A DNA stretch of 64,000 bases from Candidatus Rifleibacteriota bacterium (lineage in GTDB: Bacteria > Muiribacteriota > Ozemobacteria > Ozemobacterales > Ozemobacteraceae), in NCBI GenBank assembly GCA_028689875.1, contig JAQVCG010000002.1, positions 3,086 to 67,085 of the forward strand, read 5' to 3'. The notes beneath the pieces are model-generated. The model was not told the origin of the DNA, searched no databases, and was given only the letters and a program-made list of their open reading frames with translations. This document shows positions 9,824 to 20,393 of this stretch, one piece after another (position 1 is the stretch's first letter; each line of letters begins with the position of its first letter). The position numbers and the translations under genes were made by a program.

Positions 9824-9853
9824 TTGACCATTGGTGGATTTGTGCAGTATATT
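9824..9853 (+). promoter_or_regulatory. sigma70-type promoter for the nucleoside phosphorylase operon
   Basis: TTGACC-N18-TATATT. Confidence 0.45.
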
Positions 9854-9890
9854 TAAGAACGCTGTAAGAATTGAAAATAGAGTATAAAGG

Positions 9891-10628
9891 ATGCTTATGA
9901 CCCCTCATCTTAAATTGGAAAAAGGGCAAATTTCCCCTTACGTTCTTGTGTGTGGCGACCCGGCTCGAGCATTAGAGACCGCAAAGTTGTGTGACAGTTA
10001 CGAAGAACTGGTATACAATCGTGAATATCGCTCTTTTAACGCTCTTTTTAATGAAGAAAAGATTACGATCGTTTCTCACGGCGTGGGCTCTGCAGGTGCT
10101 TCGATTTGTTTCAACGAACTTATAACTGCCGGTGCAAAAGTTATTGTCAGGGCAGGTACATGCGGTGCGCTTCAAGATTCCCTCGGTCAAGGCGATTTGA
10201 TCGTGGCATCAGGTGCCGTCAGAGAAGATGGCGTTTCGCCGTTAATGGTCCCGTTGGCTTATCCGGCAATAGCTGATGCAGAAGTCTTGTGTGCCCTCGA
10301 AAAATCTTGCCGCAGCTTAAATGCTGTGTATAGCCGCGGTATCATTTTAACAAGCGACCTGTTTTATCCAAGTGTATTGCCTACTTCACTCGAAACATAT
10401 AAAAATGCAAAAGTTGCAGGAGTGGAAATGGAATGCGCTTCTCTCTTCGTTATCGCTACATTGGGCGGTGTTCGCGCCGGCGCTGTGGCTACCGTTGATG
10501 GAAACCCATTAAAATGGAACGAAGGCGACTATGACCCTTACGGTGAAAAAGTTGCAACCGGTAAGCAGAAAATGCTGCTTGTGGCATTAGGTGCTTTAAG
10601 CGAAATGAGTAAAACAGGTTTGATTTGA
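9891..10628 (+). CDS. nucleoside phosphorylase (uridine/purine NP-I family)
   Basis: [43 protein letters not shown]. Confidence 0.92.
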   Translation: MLMTPHLKLEKGQISPYVLVCGDPARALETAKLCDSYEELVYNREYRSFNALFNEEKITIVSHGVGSAGASICFNELITAGAKVIVRAGTCGALQDSLGQGDLIVASGAVREDGVSPLMVPLAYPAIADAEVLCALEKSCRSLNAVYSRGIILTSDLFYPSVLPTSLETYKNAKVAGVEMECASLFVIATLGGVRAGAVATVDGNPLKWNEGDYDPYGEKVATGKQKMLLVALGALSEMSKTGLI

Positions 10629-13600
10629 ACTGGCTTATTAACCAAATAGACTACATTTCCCTTTGGTTTGGAATGAGTTTTTTCTTCCTTGCCGGTCTTT
10701 GTTTTTTAGCTTCAAAAGAAAGACAGCTTACTTCAAAAGCTTGGCTTTGGTTTGCTCTCTTTTCTTTTTCGTTCGGAACAAAAAAAATATTAAATTTGCT
10801 TTCTTTTGCCCTTGAACAGACGGCCTGGCTTGTTCCTGCCATTGGTTTTTTCACTGTATTCTCATACTTTGCTTTGTATTGCCTAGGCGACAATTTACCA
10901 AAAAACCGCAATTATACAATTTCTAACAAACTTTGGGGTTTAATTGGCATCTTAATTGCGGCTGCATTTTATGTGGATTCAAAGGTTATTGGCTACTTAA
11001 TATATTTAATATTGGCTTTCCCTGCTTTGTTTTTAGCCGCTACCAGACTGCATGAACAAACATTGATTCAAAAAAAGTATGCTAAATGGCTCAAGCTTAT
11101 GACGTATTCGTTGATCGCATACGTCTTTGTTGAAGCCTATATTGTCTTTATTACCAGTTATTACTCAGTATCGTTTTCAAATACAGAGGTTTTCTATAAT
11201 TACGGGTTAACAGTGTTCATAATTTTTTTATACAGTACATTGTTTTTTTTGGTAGGTAGTTTAGGTTATATTTTTAGTATCTTAAAAAAAGCTCCTGATA
11301 GTTTATATTTTAAAAAAATATTTGCATTTATTGTTTTGCCGGCACTGTTTTTTGTCGGCTGGTTTGCTTGTGAAAGCCGTGGAGAGCGGGCAGATGCTTT
11401 CTTTCGCGAAGATTTAATGAGAATAGGCGTAAGCATTGCGCAGACTCTTGATCCTGATGACATTGACAGTCTTAGTTTTAGTGGTTCGGATTATGGTGAT
11501 CCCTCGTATGAAAGAATTTGTAAACTTTTAAGAACGTATAAAAAGCTTCACCCAAAAATTGGCGCAATATACACTCTTTTGTGCCGACGTGCCCATCTCA
11601 TTTTTGGACCCGAAAGTTACTTGCCGACCAATATCATGGCTTCTTTGCCCGGTACAACTTATCTAAATCCCGACCCCGATATTTGGAAAGTTGTTGATGA
11701 TGGAAAACCCATAGTAAAGTTTATTAAAGATGAATATGGCGAGTTTTTGACAGCTTTTGTGCCTGTTTTAAATTTAAGAAATAACATTAATCTTGTTGTT
11801 GGTATAGACGTTTACAAAAAAACTTGGCAAATCATGTTAAGAGAAGCACGTTTAAAAGTCATTAACTCAATTTTTGCTATTTCGTTCTTTTTATCTGTTT
11901 GTTATTTTTTGCTTCATCTAAGAGATTTATACAGCGTTTCCAGAAAGAATTTCTTTTTAAATAATCTAGAGGCCTTTATTGTTTTGTTTTTAGGTTTTTT
12001 GTTTATATACCTAATTGGCGACTATTCAAAAGACGCTGACAACTTTAAAGCCGAAAGAAGGTTTCATGCTCTTGCCAACGCAAAGATAATGACTATCAGT
12101 GAAGCTTTTTTACGCCTTTCCAGGACGCTTCGTTGGACAGAAAAACAACGATTAACTTGGATTGATAACCCCTCATATAGTAACTTTGTAGATTTTGTTG
12201 AGCCTGTTTCAAGGTATGCCAGGGGCCGAGTTTGGCAATGGATAGTTCCTTTTGGCGGTAAAAACAGCATAGAATTCGATAAAGAAATTAAAAAAGCTAA
12301 TATCCCGGAAGGAGTAATAGTTAAAGCAGATTATGATCTTCCTTTGTTTTATCCTGTAAAATATGCGTTTCCACTTGAAGAATATCGCGCAGTCGTAGGA
12401 TACGATTATGCCACAAATTTATCGGTCGGTTCGCTTATCGAAAAGATAGTCAAAACGAACCTGCTTCGCTTAAATCATGCTGCCGTGTTTCGTAACAGGT
12501 TTTCTCAAGTTTGCCTGATGGTGATAAAGCCTGTTTTTGATCGTAAAGAAAAGTTTATGGGTTTTTACTCAGCAATATTACCGTTAGTAGATTACTTAAA
12601 TATAATTTTGAACGGAAAATATGATAATGAAGAAGTTATATTAGATATATTAGATGCAGACTCCGATAAAATGAAAAATGTGCTTTGCACTTTTCCTGAT
12701 TTAAATAGCGGCGAGACCAGGGAAAAACCGGAATTCTCGACGTTATACCCCGCATTTATAATGGGAAAAAGTTTGGCAATAAGAGCTTATCCCGGTGTAA
12801 ATTTCTCTGATTACCAAGCAGAAAAAGCAGAAGAAATATTACGAATTGTTGTGGGCGTCGGATTTACTTTCTTTTTCTTCATTTTAACTTTATTTTTGCG
12901 ACAACGCCAAAAATTGTTCGACGACGAAATTGAAAGAAGAATGCAGGATTCAAATGAAGTAATTGATGAATTGTCAAATTACAATGTAATTTTACAAGAA
13001 TTAAATCATAAATCTGAACATTTAGCAGTGTTATCTGCTTCTGCTAATGCGGCAAAAAGCCAGTTTTTGGCAAGCATGAGTCATGAGATACGAACTCCCA
13101 TGAACGGAATAACAAGCATGGGTGAGTTTTTACTTGAAACAGAACTTACTTCTGAACAAAGGCAATATGTTGAAATTATTAAGTCAAGCTCAGAGAACCT
13201 TCTGCATTTAATTAATGACATTCTTGATTTTTCAAAAATTGAAGCGGGAAAAATGTCGTTCGAAGCAATTGATTTCAATTTAGTTGATATTATTACTGCT
13301 TCAGTAGATTTAATTAGGATAAAAACTACCCAAAAGGGACTCTATCTAAACACAAAGCTTGATCCAAACTTACCAACCAGACTAAACGGTGATCCGATGC
13401 GACTTAGACAGGTGATTTTAAACCTGTTGAGCAATGCTGTTAAGTTTACCCATGAAGGTGGAATAACCTTAGAAGCGATTTGTAAAAGCATTTCTGCAGG
13501 TGATGTCGAAATCGAATTCACCGTAAAAGACACCGGGATCGGAATAGAAGAAGATCGTATTTCTATGTTGTTCGATGCTTTTACACAAGCAGACGGAGCA

Positions 13601-14656
13601 ACGACAAGAAAATATGGGGGAACAGGCCTCGGCCTCGCTATTTCCCAGAAAATTGTGAATTTGATGGGTGGAGAATTAACTGCAAAGAGCGAGTTCGGCA
13701 AGGGGTCGGTGTTTATTTTTAATATAAAAATGAAAAAGCAGAGCGATTCATACGTGCATAAAACCCTTACTGCGCTGAAAAAGTCGATCGAAATTTCTGA
13801 ACATCGCAAAATTGCTTCGTCAGACCATATCAATCCAAAAGAGTTTAATATTCTTTTGGCTGAAGATAATCTTACAAATCAAAAAGTTATTGAGGCTATA
13901 TTTAAAAAAATATCATACAATCTGGATATAGCAAATGACGGCAAAGAAGTAATTAAAATGCTTAGAGATAAAAAGTATGGGCTAATTCTAATGGATTGTC
14001 TGATGCCTGTATTAGATGGTTATCAAACAACAAGATTAATTAGAAGCGGTGAAGCAGGAGAAATAAATAAGGATATTCCTATAATTGCTATAACAGCTAA
14101 TGCCATGACGGGTGATCGCGAAAAATGTGTCGCAAGCGGAATGAACGATTATATTGCTAAACCGATTCAACCTAGGGAGCTTATTTCTATGTTGGACAAA
14201 TGGGCTAATATTGATGCTGGGGCGCATGGTAAAATCAATTTTTTAAAAAGTAAAAGTAATAGGGCCGAAAAAAAGTCTAATAAACCTGAAAAAATTAAAA
14301 TACAACCTGTTGTTGAAAATAAAAACCTCCTTGTTTTAGATAAGGTCGAACTAAGAAAACGAATGTTAGATGATGATGCTTTGGTTAAGCAGGTTCTTGA
14401 GACCTTTAAGCAGAGCTTGCCGGACTTTTTAAAGGAATTTAATATTGCGGTTTTAGAAGAAAATCTTGAAAAAATTGCGGAGACAGCCCATACCATAAAG
14501 GGCGCTTCAGCGAATGTTTCGGCTGTAGCAATTAATAAAACAGCCTTGCAAATAGAGCAGGCGGCAAAAGCGAAGAACCTTAAGCTTGCTGTTTCTCTGT
14601 TAAAGACGCTTGAAAAAGATGTATCCAATTTTATAGATATATTCTCGGGACTGTGA
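10625..14656 (+). CDS. membrane-bound hybrid sensor histidine kinase (multi-TM region, Cache-like and CHASE-like sensors, HisKA, HATPase, REC, HPt)
   Basis: [50 protein letters not shown], HPt motif [13 protein letters not shown]-like [17 protein letters not shown] start overlaps the upstream TGA. Confidence 0.92.
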   Translation: MNWLINQIDYISLWFGMSFFFLAGLCFLASKERQLTSKAWLWFALFSFSFGTKKILNLLSFALEQTAWLVPAIGFFTVFSYFALYCLGDNLPKNRNYTISNKLWGLIGILIAAAFYVDSKVIGYLIYLILAFPALFLAATRLHEQTLIQKKYAKWLKLMTYSLIAYVFVEAYIVFITSYYSVSFSNTEVFYNYGLTVFIIFLYSTLFFLVGSLGYIFSILKKAPDSLYFKKIFAFIVLPALFFVGWFACESRGERADAFFREDLMRIGVSIAQTLDPDDIDSLSFSGSDYGDPSYERICKLLRTYKKLHPKIGAIYTLLCRRAHLIFGPESYLPTNIMASLPGTTYLNPDPDIWKVVDDGKPIVKFIKDEYGEFLTAFVPVLNLRNNINLVVGIDVYKKTWQIMLREARLKVINSIFAISFFLSVCYFLLHLRDLYSVSRKNFFLNNLEAFIVLFLGFLFIYLIGDYSKDADNFKAERRFHALANAKIMTISEAFLRLSRTLRWTEKQRLTWIDNPSYSNFVDFVEPVSRYARGRVWQWIVPFGGKNSIEFDKEIKKANIPEGVIVKADYDLPLFYPVKYAFPLEEYRAVVGYDYATNLSVGSLIEKIVKTNLLRLNHAAVFRNRFSQVCLMVIKPVFDRKEKFMGFYSAILPLVDYLNIILNGKYDNEEVILDILDADSDKMKNVLCTFPDLNSGETREKPEFSTLYPAFIMGKSLAIRAYPGVNFSDYQAEKAEEILRIVVGVGFTFFFFILTLFLRQRQKLFDDEIERRMQDSNEVIDELSNYNVILQELNHKSEHLAVLSASANAAKSQFLASMSHEIRTPMNGITSMGEFLLETELTSEQRQYVEIIKSSSENLLHLINDILDFSKIEAGKMSFEAIDFNLVDIITASVDLIRIKTTQKGLYLNTKLDPNLPTRLNGDPMRLRQVILNLLSNAVKFTHEGGITLEAICKSISAGDVEIEFTVKDTGIGIEEDRISMLFDAFTQADGATTRKYGGTGLGLAISQKIVNLMGGELTAKSEFGKGSVFIFNIKMKKQSDSYVHKTLTALKKSIEISEHRKIASSDHINPKEFNILLAEDNLTNQKVIEAIFKKISYNLDIANDGKEVIKMLRDKKYGLILMDCLMPVLDGYQTTRLIRSGEAGEINKDIPIIAITANAMTGDREKCVASGMNDYIAKPIQPRELISMLDKWANIDAGAHGKINFLKSKSNRAEKKSNKPEKIKIQPVVENKNLLVLDKVELRKRMLDDDALVKQVLETFKQSLPDFLKEFNIAVLEENLEKIAETAHTIKGASANVSAVAINKTALQIEQAAKAKNLKLAVSLLKTLEKDVSNFIDIFSGL

Positions 14657-14696
14657 TACAATCTCCGCGACCTGATTACCTTGCGGAGACACAAAA

Positions 14697-15629
14697 ATGA
14701 CAAAAAAACCCGATTCACTGAGATTTATGGATGTTTTTAACATGCTGTTTGGCTCGATTCTGCTTGCATACGGCCTTGTAGCATTTAATACTCCAAACGA
14801 TATAGTCCCTGCAGGTCTCACGGGTATCGCCACAATTCTTTATGCTTTTGCTAAAGTTCCTATCGGTATCACTCTTTTACTCGGAAACCTGTTTCTGATA
14901 TTTTTGCAGGCCAGAATTATTGGCTCAAAGTCGGCCGGAAAAACTCTTTTCATTACTATTGTTACTTCGATTGCAATTGACTTTTTAATGAAGTATTCAG
15001 AATCTCTTAAAATTGTTACAAAAGATCCTTTGTTAGCATGCTTGTTCGGCAGCTTAATTTGCGGAACCGGCATTGCAATGACTTTCAAAGCCGGGGGAAA
15101 CACCGGCGGCATGGATATTGTCAGCCAAATAATGCAGTTTAAGTTTAGAATTCCCATCGGTGACACTTTGCTTTTCGGCAATGTGCTGGTGACTGTTTTG
15201 GCCGGTTATAATTTCGGTATCGAAAAAGCTCTTTATAGTATGATCTACGCTTTTTTATCAAGCCGCGTAATAGACGCCGTACTTGACGGTGTTTCTATTT
15301 TCAGAACAGTATTTATTATAACAAAAGAACCTGACGTTATAGGCTGGGGTATCATAGAAGACCTGCGCAGAGGAGTAACTTCTCTGCAAGGAATCGGCAT
15401 CTATTCAGGAAAGCCAGTAAATATGCTAATGACCGCTATTAAACGCGGGGAACTGAATATGTTAAGGCAAATTGTTTACAGATATGACCCAAAAGCCTTT
15501 ATAATCGTAGGGGATGCAAGACAAGTTCTTGGGCATGGGTTTTCGAAGCTTGAAGATGAGGTGCGCTTTGATGCTATTGAAGTAGAACAAAAGAAAATTG
15601 AGAGCTTAGAAGGGTCGAATACTAATTGA
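14697..15629 (+). CDS. YitT family membrane protein
   Basis: AGLTGIA, GGNTGGMDI, LRRGVT..G.GIYSG, DPKAFIIVGDARQVLGHGF. Confidence 0.9.
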   Translation: MTKKPDSLRFMDVFNMLFGSILLAYGLVAFNTPNDIVPAGLTGIATILYAFAKVPIGITLLLGNLFLIFLQARIIGSKSAGKTLFITIVTSIAIDFLMKYSESLKIVTKDPLLACLFGSLICGTGIAMTFKAGGNTGGMDIVSQIMQFKFRIPIGDTLLFGNVLVTVLAGYNFGIEKALYSMIYAFLSSRVIDAVLDGVSIFRTVFIITKEPDVIGWGIIEDLRRGVTSLQGIGIYSGKPVNMLMTAIKRGELNMLRQIVYRYDPKAFIIVGDARQVLGHGFSKLEDEVRFDAIEVEQKKIESLEGSNTN

Positions 15630-15630
15630 T

Positions 15631-17451
15631 ATGGCATTGATCTCATTGCACAAGGTTTCAATTACTTTTACAGGCACCTCTATCCTGGATTCTATTGATT
15701 TGCATTTGGAAAAAGGCGAAAGAGTGGCTTTACTTGGGCGCAATGGTGCAGGTAAAACGACGCTTTTAAAAACAATAGCTTCTAAAATTGCTCCTGATTC
15801 CGGAGCTGTGCAAATAGCAGTGGGCTCAAATGTATCGTATTTTTCTCAAGATATTCCGGAATTTGAAAATGAAACCGTATTCGAAATAGTCTCTAAAGAG
15901 CTTGAGCTTAAATTGGCACAGACCCGCAATAAAGCGGATGAAGGAGATTCTTGGAAGCAAATTGACGAAGTTTATAAAGTCATTTCAAATGTTTCTTTGG
16001 TTCCTGAACAGAAATATTGTGATTTGTCGGGCGGGCAAAAGAGAAGAGCCTTATTGGCGGCCGCTTTGGTTACCAAACCCGATGCAATACTTCTTGACGA
16101 GCCTACAAACCATTTGGATATAGACACCATAAACTGGCTCGAAGATTATCTGCAAAGGCTTAACATAACAATAGTTTTTGTTACACATGACAGAATGCTT
16201 CTTAGAAAGCTTGCAAAGAGAATTGTAGAGCTTGACAGAGGCAGAATATACGACTGGGAATGCGACTACGACACTTTTTTACGTAGAAAAAACGAAGTTC
16301 TTGAAGCCGAAAGTAAAGAATGGGAAAAATTTGATAAAAAGCTTGCATTAGAAGAAGTCTGGATAAGAAAAGGCATACAAGCTCGGCGAACAAGGAACGA
16401 GGGCAGGGTGCGCGCTCTCAAAAAGATGCGCGAAGAAAGAAAGCTGCGTAGAGATAGAATCGGCAAGGTCAATATGAAAATTATTGAAGCCAAAAGATCA
16501 GGGCAAGATGTAATAGAGGCTTGCGATGTAACATTTGCCTACGATAAAACACCAATAATCGAAAATCTAAACGTAAAAATAACGCGAGAAGATAAAATCG
16601 GTATTGTAGGGGCGAACGGATGCGGTAAGACGACTTTAGTGAAATTGTTGCTAGGGCATTTGAAGCCATTGAAGGGTGAAATTAAATATGGAACAAACCT
16701 TGAAATAGTATATTTCGACCAACTAAGAAATAAGTTAGACCTCGAAAAAACTGTGTGGGAAAACGTTTGCCCACATGGCGACATGCTTCAGATTAACGAT
16801 AAACAGATTCATATTATTACTTACCTAGAGAACTTTTTGTTCTCGTCAGAACGAGCAAAAACAAAGCTTTCAGTGCTTTCGGGCGGCGAAAGAAATCGAG
16901 TGCTGCTAGCTAAGGTTTTTGCGCGTCCCGCCAATATTTTGGTTCTTGACGAGCCTACAAACGATCTTGATATTGAAACCTTAGAATTACTTGAAGAACT
17001 GATTGCAGATTTTTCCGGAACAGTTTTACTGATATCTCATGACCGAACATTTTTAAATAATGTTGTTTCAAGCACTCTGGCTTTTGCAGAAAATGGTGAA
17101 ATCAAAGAAATAGTCGGTGGCTACGACGAATGGCTAAATGAAAAGAAATTAGCAGTTCAGCTTGAAACGGCAGAGAAACAAGCACGGTTTTTATCTGAAA
17201 AAGAAGCTAAAGCCAAAACAACGAAAGTAAAGCTTTCGTTTAACGAAAAGAGAGAATTGGAGTTTTTGCCTGAAAAAATTGAAAAAATAGAAAAGGAAAT
17301 TACTGATATACAGACAAAGCTTGCTGACCCGATGTTTTATAAAACTGGTGAAAACCCAAATGTTTTAAAAGAGAAAATTGAAAGCTTAGAAACAGAAATG
17401 CTCGAAGCATTTGAGCGTGAGGAAGAGCTAAAAAATAAAGCCGCGAATTAA
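15631..17451 (+). CDS. uup: ABC-F ATPase Uup
   Basis: Two ABC domains; linker EEVWIRKGIQARRTRNEGRVRAL; C-terminal KLSFNEKRELE coiled coil. Confidence 0.9.
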   Translation: MALISLHKVSITFTGTSILDSIDLHLEKGERVALLGRNGAGKTTLLKTIASKIAPDSGAVQIAVGSNVSYFSQDIPEFENETVFEIVSKELELKLAQTRNKADEGDSWKQIDEVYKVISNVSLVPEQKYCDLSGGQKRRALLAAALVTKPDAILLDEPTNHLDIDTINWLEDYLQRLNITIVFVTHDRMLLRKLAKRIVELDRGRIYDWECDYDTFLRRKNEVLEAESKEWEKFDKKLALEEVWIRKGIQARRTRNEGRVRALKKMREERKLRRDRIGKVNMKIIEAKRSGQDVIEACDVTFAYDKTPIIENLNVKITREDKIGIVGANGCGKTTLVKLLLGHLKPLKGEIKYGTNLEIVYFDQLRNKLDLEKTVWENVCPHGDMLQINDKQIHIITYLENFLFSSERAKTKLSVLSGGERNRVLLAKVFARPANILVLDEPTNDLDIETLELLEELIADFSGTVLLISHDRTFLNNVVSSTLAFAENGEIKEIVGGYDEWLNEKKLAVQLETAEKQARFLSEKEAKAKTTKVKLSFNEKRELEFLPEKIEKIEKEITDIQTKLADPMFYKTGENPNVLKEKIESLETEMLEAFEREEELKNKAAN

Positions 17452-17515
17452 GCTTTTTAATTCTATAAATACTGCCGATAAAACGCTTATATTTTTATAT
17501 GAAAAGAGCTTTTAA

Positions 17516-18448
17516 ATGGCATTCGAAATTAAAGATAAACTGGTTATAGCGGTCGCGTCGAGCGCATTGTTTGATTTAACAGATTCAGACAGAGTTTTTA
17601 GAGAAAAAGGCTCAGAAGTATACAGAAAATATACCCGGCAAAAACAAAATATACCACTTAAGCCCGGCGTTGCTTTTCCTTTTGTCAGAAGACTGCTGGC
17701 AATAAACAAACGCTTTGACCTTGCGCAGCCCATAGAAGTTGTATTGCTCTCAAAAAATGATCCCGAAACGGGAATGAGGGTTTTTAATTCGATAAATCAT
17801 TACGGACTGAACATTATCAGAGCCGGTTTTTTGAGCGGAAAGTCGCCCATTAAATATATTCCGGCATTTAACGCAGCCTTATTTTTGTCGGGAAACAACG
17901 AAGATGTTAAAGAGGCTTTAAATGCGGGATTTCCGGCCGGAACGGTTTTGGGTGACGGTTCTGAAGATAACGACACTGATGATGAACTCAGAATCGCTTT
18001 TGACTTTGATGGCGTGATAGTAGACGATAAAGCCGAAAGAATATATCAAGAACATAATTTAGACGTATTTCACGAAAGTGAAACAAAAAATGCGTTGGAG
18101 CCAATGGAGCCGGGCCCGTTATTTAAGCTTTTTAAACAGCTTTCAAAGTTTCAGAAGTTTGACAGGATTCAAGAAATTAAAGTGCCGGGTTATAAAAGAT
18201 TTTTGAGAATTTCAATTGTAACTGCCAGAAGTGCGCCCGCACACGAGAGAGCTATCAACACTCTGAGAAAATGGAGAATACTTGTTGATGAAGCTTTTTT
18301 TTTGGGAGGCATAGAAAAGGGCAGAATTTTAGAGGTCATGAGGCCACATATTTTCTTTGATGATCAAATGACTCATTTAAAATCTTCGTTAGGGAAGCAC
18401 ATTCCTTCGGTTCATATTCCATTCGGGATTGTTAACGATAAAAAATGA
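17516..18448 (+). CDS. 5'-nucleotidase (cN-I-like family)
   Basis: LVIAVASSALFDL, LRIAFDFDGVI, VTARSAPAHER, AFFLGG, PHIFFDDQ. Confidence 0.9.
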   Translation: MAFEIKDKLVIAVASSALFDLTDSDRVFREKGSEVYRKYTRQKQNIPLKPGVAFPFVRRLLAINKRFDLAQPIEVVLLSKNDPETGMRVFNSINHYGLNIIRAGFLSGKSPIKYIPAFNAALFLSGNNEDVKEALNAGFPAGTVLGDGSEDNDTDDELRIAFDFDGVIVDDKAERIYQEHNLDVFHESETKNALEPMEPGPLFKLFKQLSKFQKFDRIQEIKVPGYKRFLRISIVTARSAPAHERAINTLRKWRILVDEAFFLGGIEKGRILEVMRPHIFFDDQMTHLKSSLGKHIPSVHIPFGIVNDKK

Positions 18449-19437
18449 AATATAATCTGGTTCTCAAATCGGTTGTGACAAGCGCAGATGCTAACTTGCC
18501 ACTGATAGATTATTTAGAGAAAAAATATACCTATAAAGACCGTGGATATTGGCAGAACAAAATTGAAACGGGTGAAATACTGGTTAACGGGTGCAAAGCT
18601 CCGGCAGAATATTTGCTGATGCCGGATGATGCAGTGATTTATACCATTTCAGACTATTACGAAGAAGATTTAGATTGCAATTATAAGATCGAATTCGAAA
18701 ATCATAATATTGTTGTGGTAAGCAAACCGGCCAATTTGCCGGTGCAGACAACAAGAAGAATATATAAGCAAACACTGACGCAGCTGCTTAAAACTAATTT
18801 AAAACTGCCAAATATTTACCCGATTCATAGAATTGATCGTGAAACAAGCGGTTTGATAGTTTATTTAAAGAATAAGTTTGTGTCGGGGCCTTATAAAAAA
18901 GAACCCATAAAGATTTTGAAAGAAAAATATTATATAGTTGTGGTAAAGGGAATATTTGAAAAAGAAGAAGAATTTGTTTCGGTGCCGCTTAGAGAGGCGG
19001 CTGATAATGTTGTTAATTATAAAATGATTTATGATGAAAAAGGTAAGAATGCTGAAACGCATTTTTATAAATTAGGGGATGATGGAGAAAACAGCTTACT
19101 TCTGGCAAGATTGCTGACGGGCAGAAAACATCAGATAAGAGCGCATGCGGCGCATTTGGGTTTTCCTGTTTTGGGTGATAAACTATATTCGTTTGAATCT
19201 AAATATTTTTTGAAACGATGTGATGATGATTTAAGTGAAAATGATTTAAAAGTATTAGGGGCCAATAATCATATGCTGCATGCTTATTGCCTGATCTTAG
19301 ACTTAGAAAAAAAGTCAGAAATAAAGGTTTTCTCAGAGCAGTTTTCTGATGAAATGAGAAAAGTTTTAAATAGGATTGATAATTGGGAAGCAAAGGCAAA
19401 AGATATTATCGAATTTAATGAAAAGTGCGAGATATGA
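18445..19437 (+). CDS. RluA/RluD family RNA pseudouridine synthase
   Basis: KPANLPV, catalytic HRIDRETSG, TGRKHQIRAH, GDKLY, LHAY. Confidence 0.92.
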   Translation: MKYNLVLKSVVTSADANLPLIDYLEKKYTYKDRGYWQNKIETGEILVNGCKAPAEYLLMPDDAVIYTISDYYEEDLDCNYKIEFENHNIVVVSKPANLPVQTTRRIYKQTLTQLLKTNLKLPNIYPIHRIDRETSGLIVYLKNKFVSGPYKKEPIKILKEKYYIVVVKGIFEKEEEFVSVPLREAADNVVNYKMIYDEKGKNAETHFYKLGDDGENSLLLARLLTGRKHQIRAHAAHLGFPVLGDKLYSFESKYFLKRCDDDLSENDLKVLGANNHMLHAYCLILDLEKKSEIKVFSEQFSDEMRKVLNRIDNWEAKAKDIIEFNEKCEI

Positions 19438-20315
19438 AATTGAAATCTGTATATATAATAGCCGACATTGAAGGTTCGTTAGGGTGTCTTTCTAAGAACG
19501 ATTCACAGCTGTTTACGTCGAGAAGATACGAGGTGTGCAAGAATTTAACCGAAGATATAAATGCTGTGTGTGAAAAGCTGTTTGAAAATGGCGTTGAAAG
19601 AATACGCGTTAAAGATTTTCATAGAACCGGCTACAATATATTGGCAAAATATTTTAACAAACGAGCAGAATTAGACCAAGGTTTCGCGGTAGGGCCTATT
19701 CCCGGTATAGGCGAGGCGAAGGGTTTTGATGCGCTTATGATGATTGGGCTGCACGCTGCTTCGGGCACTTCGGGTTTTTTGCCACATACACTTACGTCTC
19801 AGCTTGCAGCTATAGAAGTAAACGGTAAGATTCTGACTGAAGCGGAGCTGTTTGCGAGTTCTTTGTATGAAGAAAATATTGCTCCGGTGTTTTTTAGCGG
19901 CTGTTCATCGGCTTGTGAGCAAGTTAAAAATGCCATAGCCGATATTGATACTTTTGCGATTGATAAACCACTTGTTAAAAGCGTGACAGAAATGCGCAAG
20001 GAATTGGCAAACGCGGCGGCAAAGGCTTTGCAGAATAACAAAACAAAAGCTTTTTGTATGAAAGGGCCTTTCGAAGTAAAGTTAAACATGCGAGACGGCG
20101 AAAAAGCTGCTAAAAAGATAAAAGATGCGTGGGGATTTTCCCAAAATAAAAATGAAATTGCTTTTGAAGCACAAACATTTAACGAACTATATTGGATAAT
20201 GCTTAAAATTGCGTATATGAGTCCGTTTATAGAAAAACATATTAAATTTATAATGCGGGCTTTTAACTTGCTTGGCAAGGCAGAAATTTCGGTAAGAGCT
20301 GTTTTAAAATTCTGA
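19434..20315 (+). CDS. M55 family metallopeptidase (DppA-like D-aminopeptidase)
   Basis: YIIADIEG, VKDFH, IGLHA, LPHT, TEAEL, PVFFSG; likely ATGA-coupled start at 19434. Confidence 0.8.
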   Translation: MKLKSVYIIADIEGSLGCLSKNDSQLFTSRRYEVCKNLTEDINAVCEKLFENGVERIRVKDFHRTGYNILAKYFNKRAELDQGFAVGPIPGIGEAKGFDALMMIGLHAASGTSGFLPHTLTSQLAAIEVNGKILTEAELFASSLYEENIAPVFFSGCSSACEQVKNAIADIDTFAIDKPLVKSVTEMRKELANAAAKALQNNKTKAFCMKGPFEVKLNMRDGEKAAKKIKDAWGFSQNKNEIAFEAQTFNELYWIMLKIAYMSPFIEKHIKFIMRAFNLLGKAEISVRAVLKF

Positions 20316-20393
20316 GTTAATTTGCTTTATATTTGAGTGAAATTGTGATAGGTTGCTCAATGCGTTTGCACAAGATAATAGGTGAGGTAGAGC

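Noticed and set aside
1476..17451. Two ABC-F genes as antibiotic-resistance determinants
   Set aside because: Their signatures match the housekeeping EttA and Uup subfamilies
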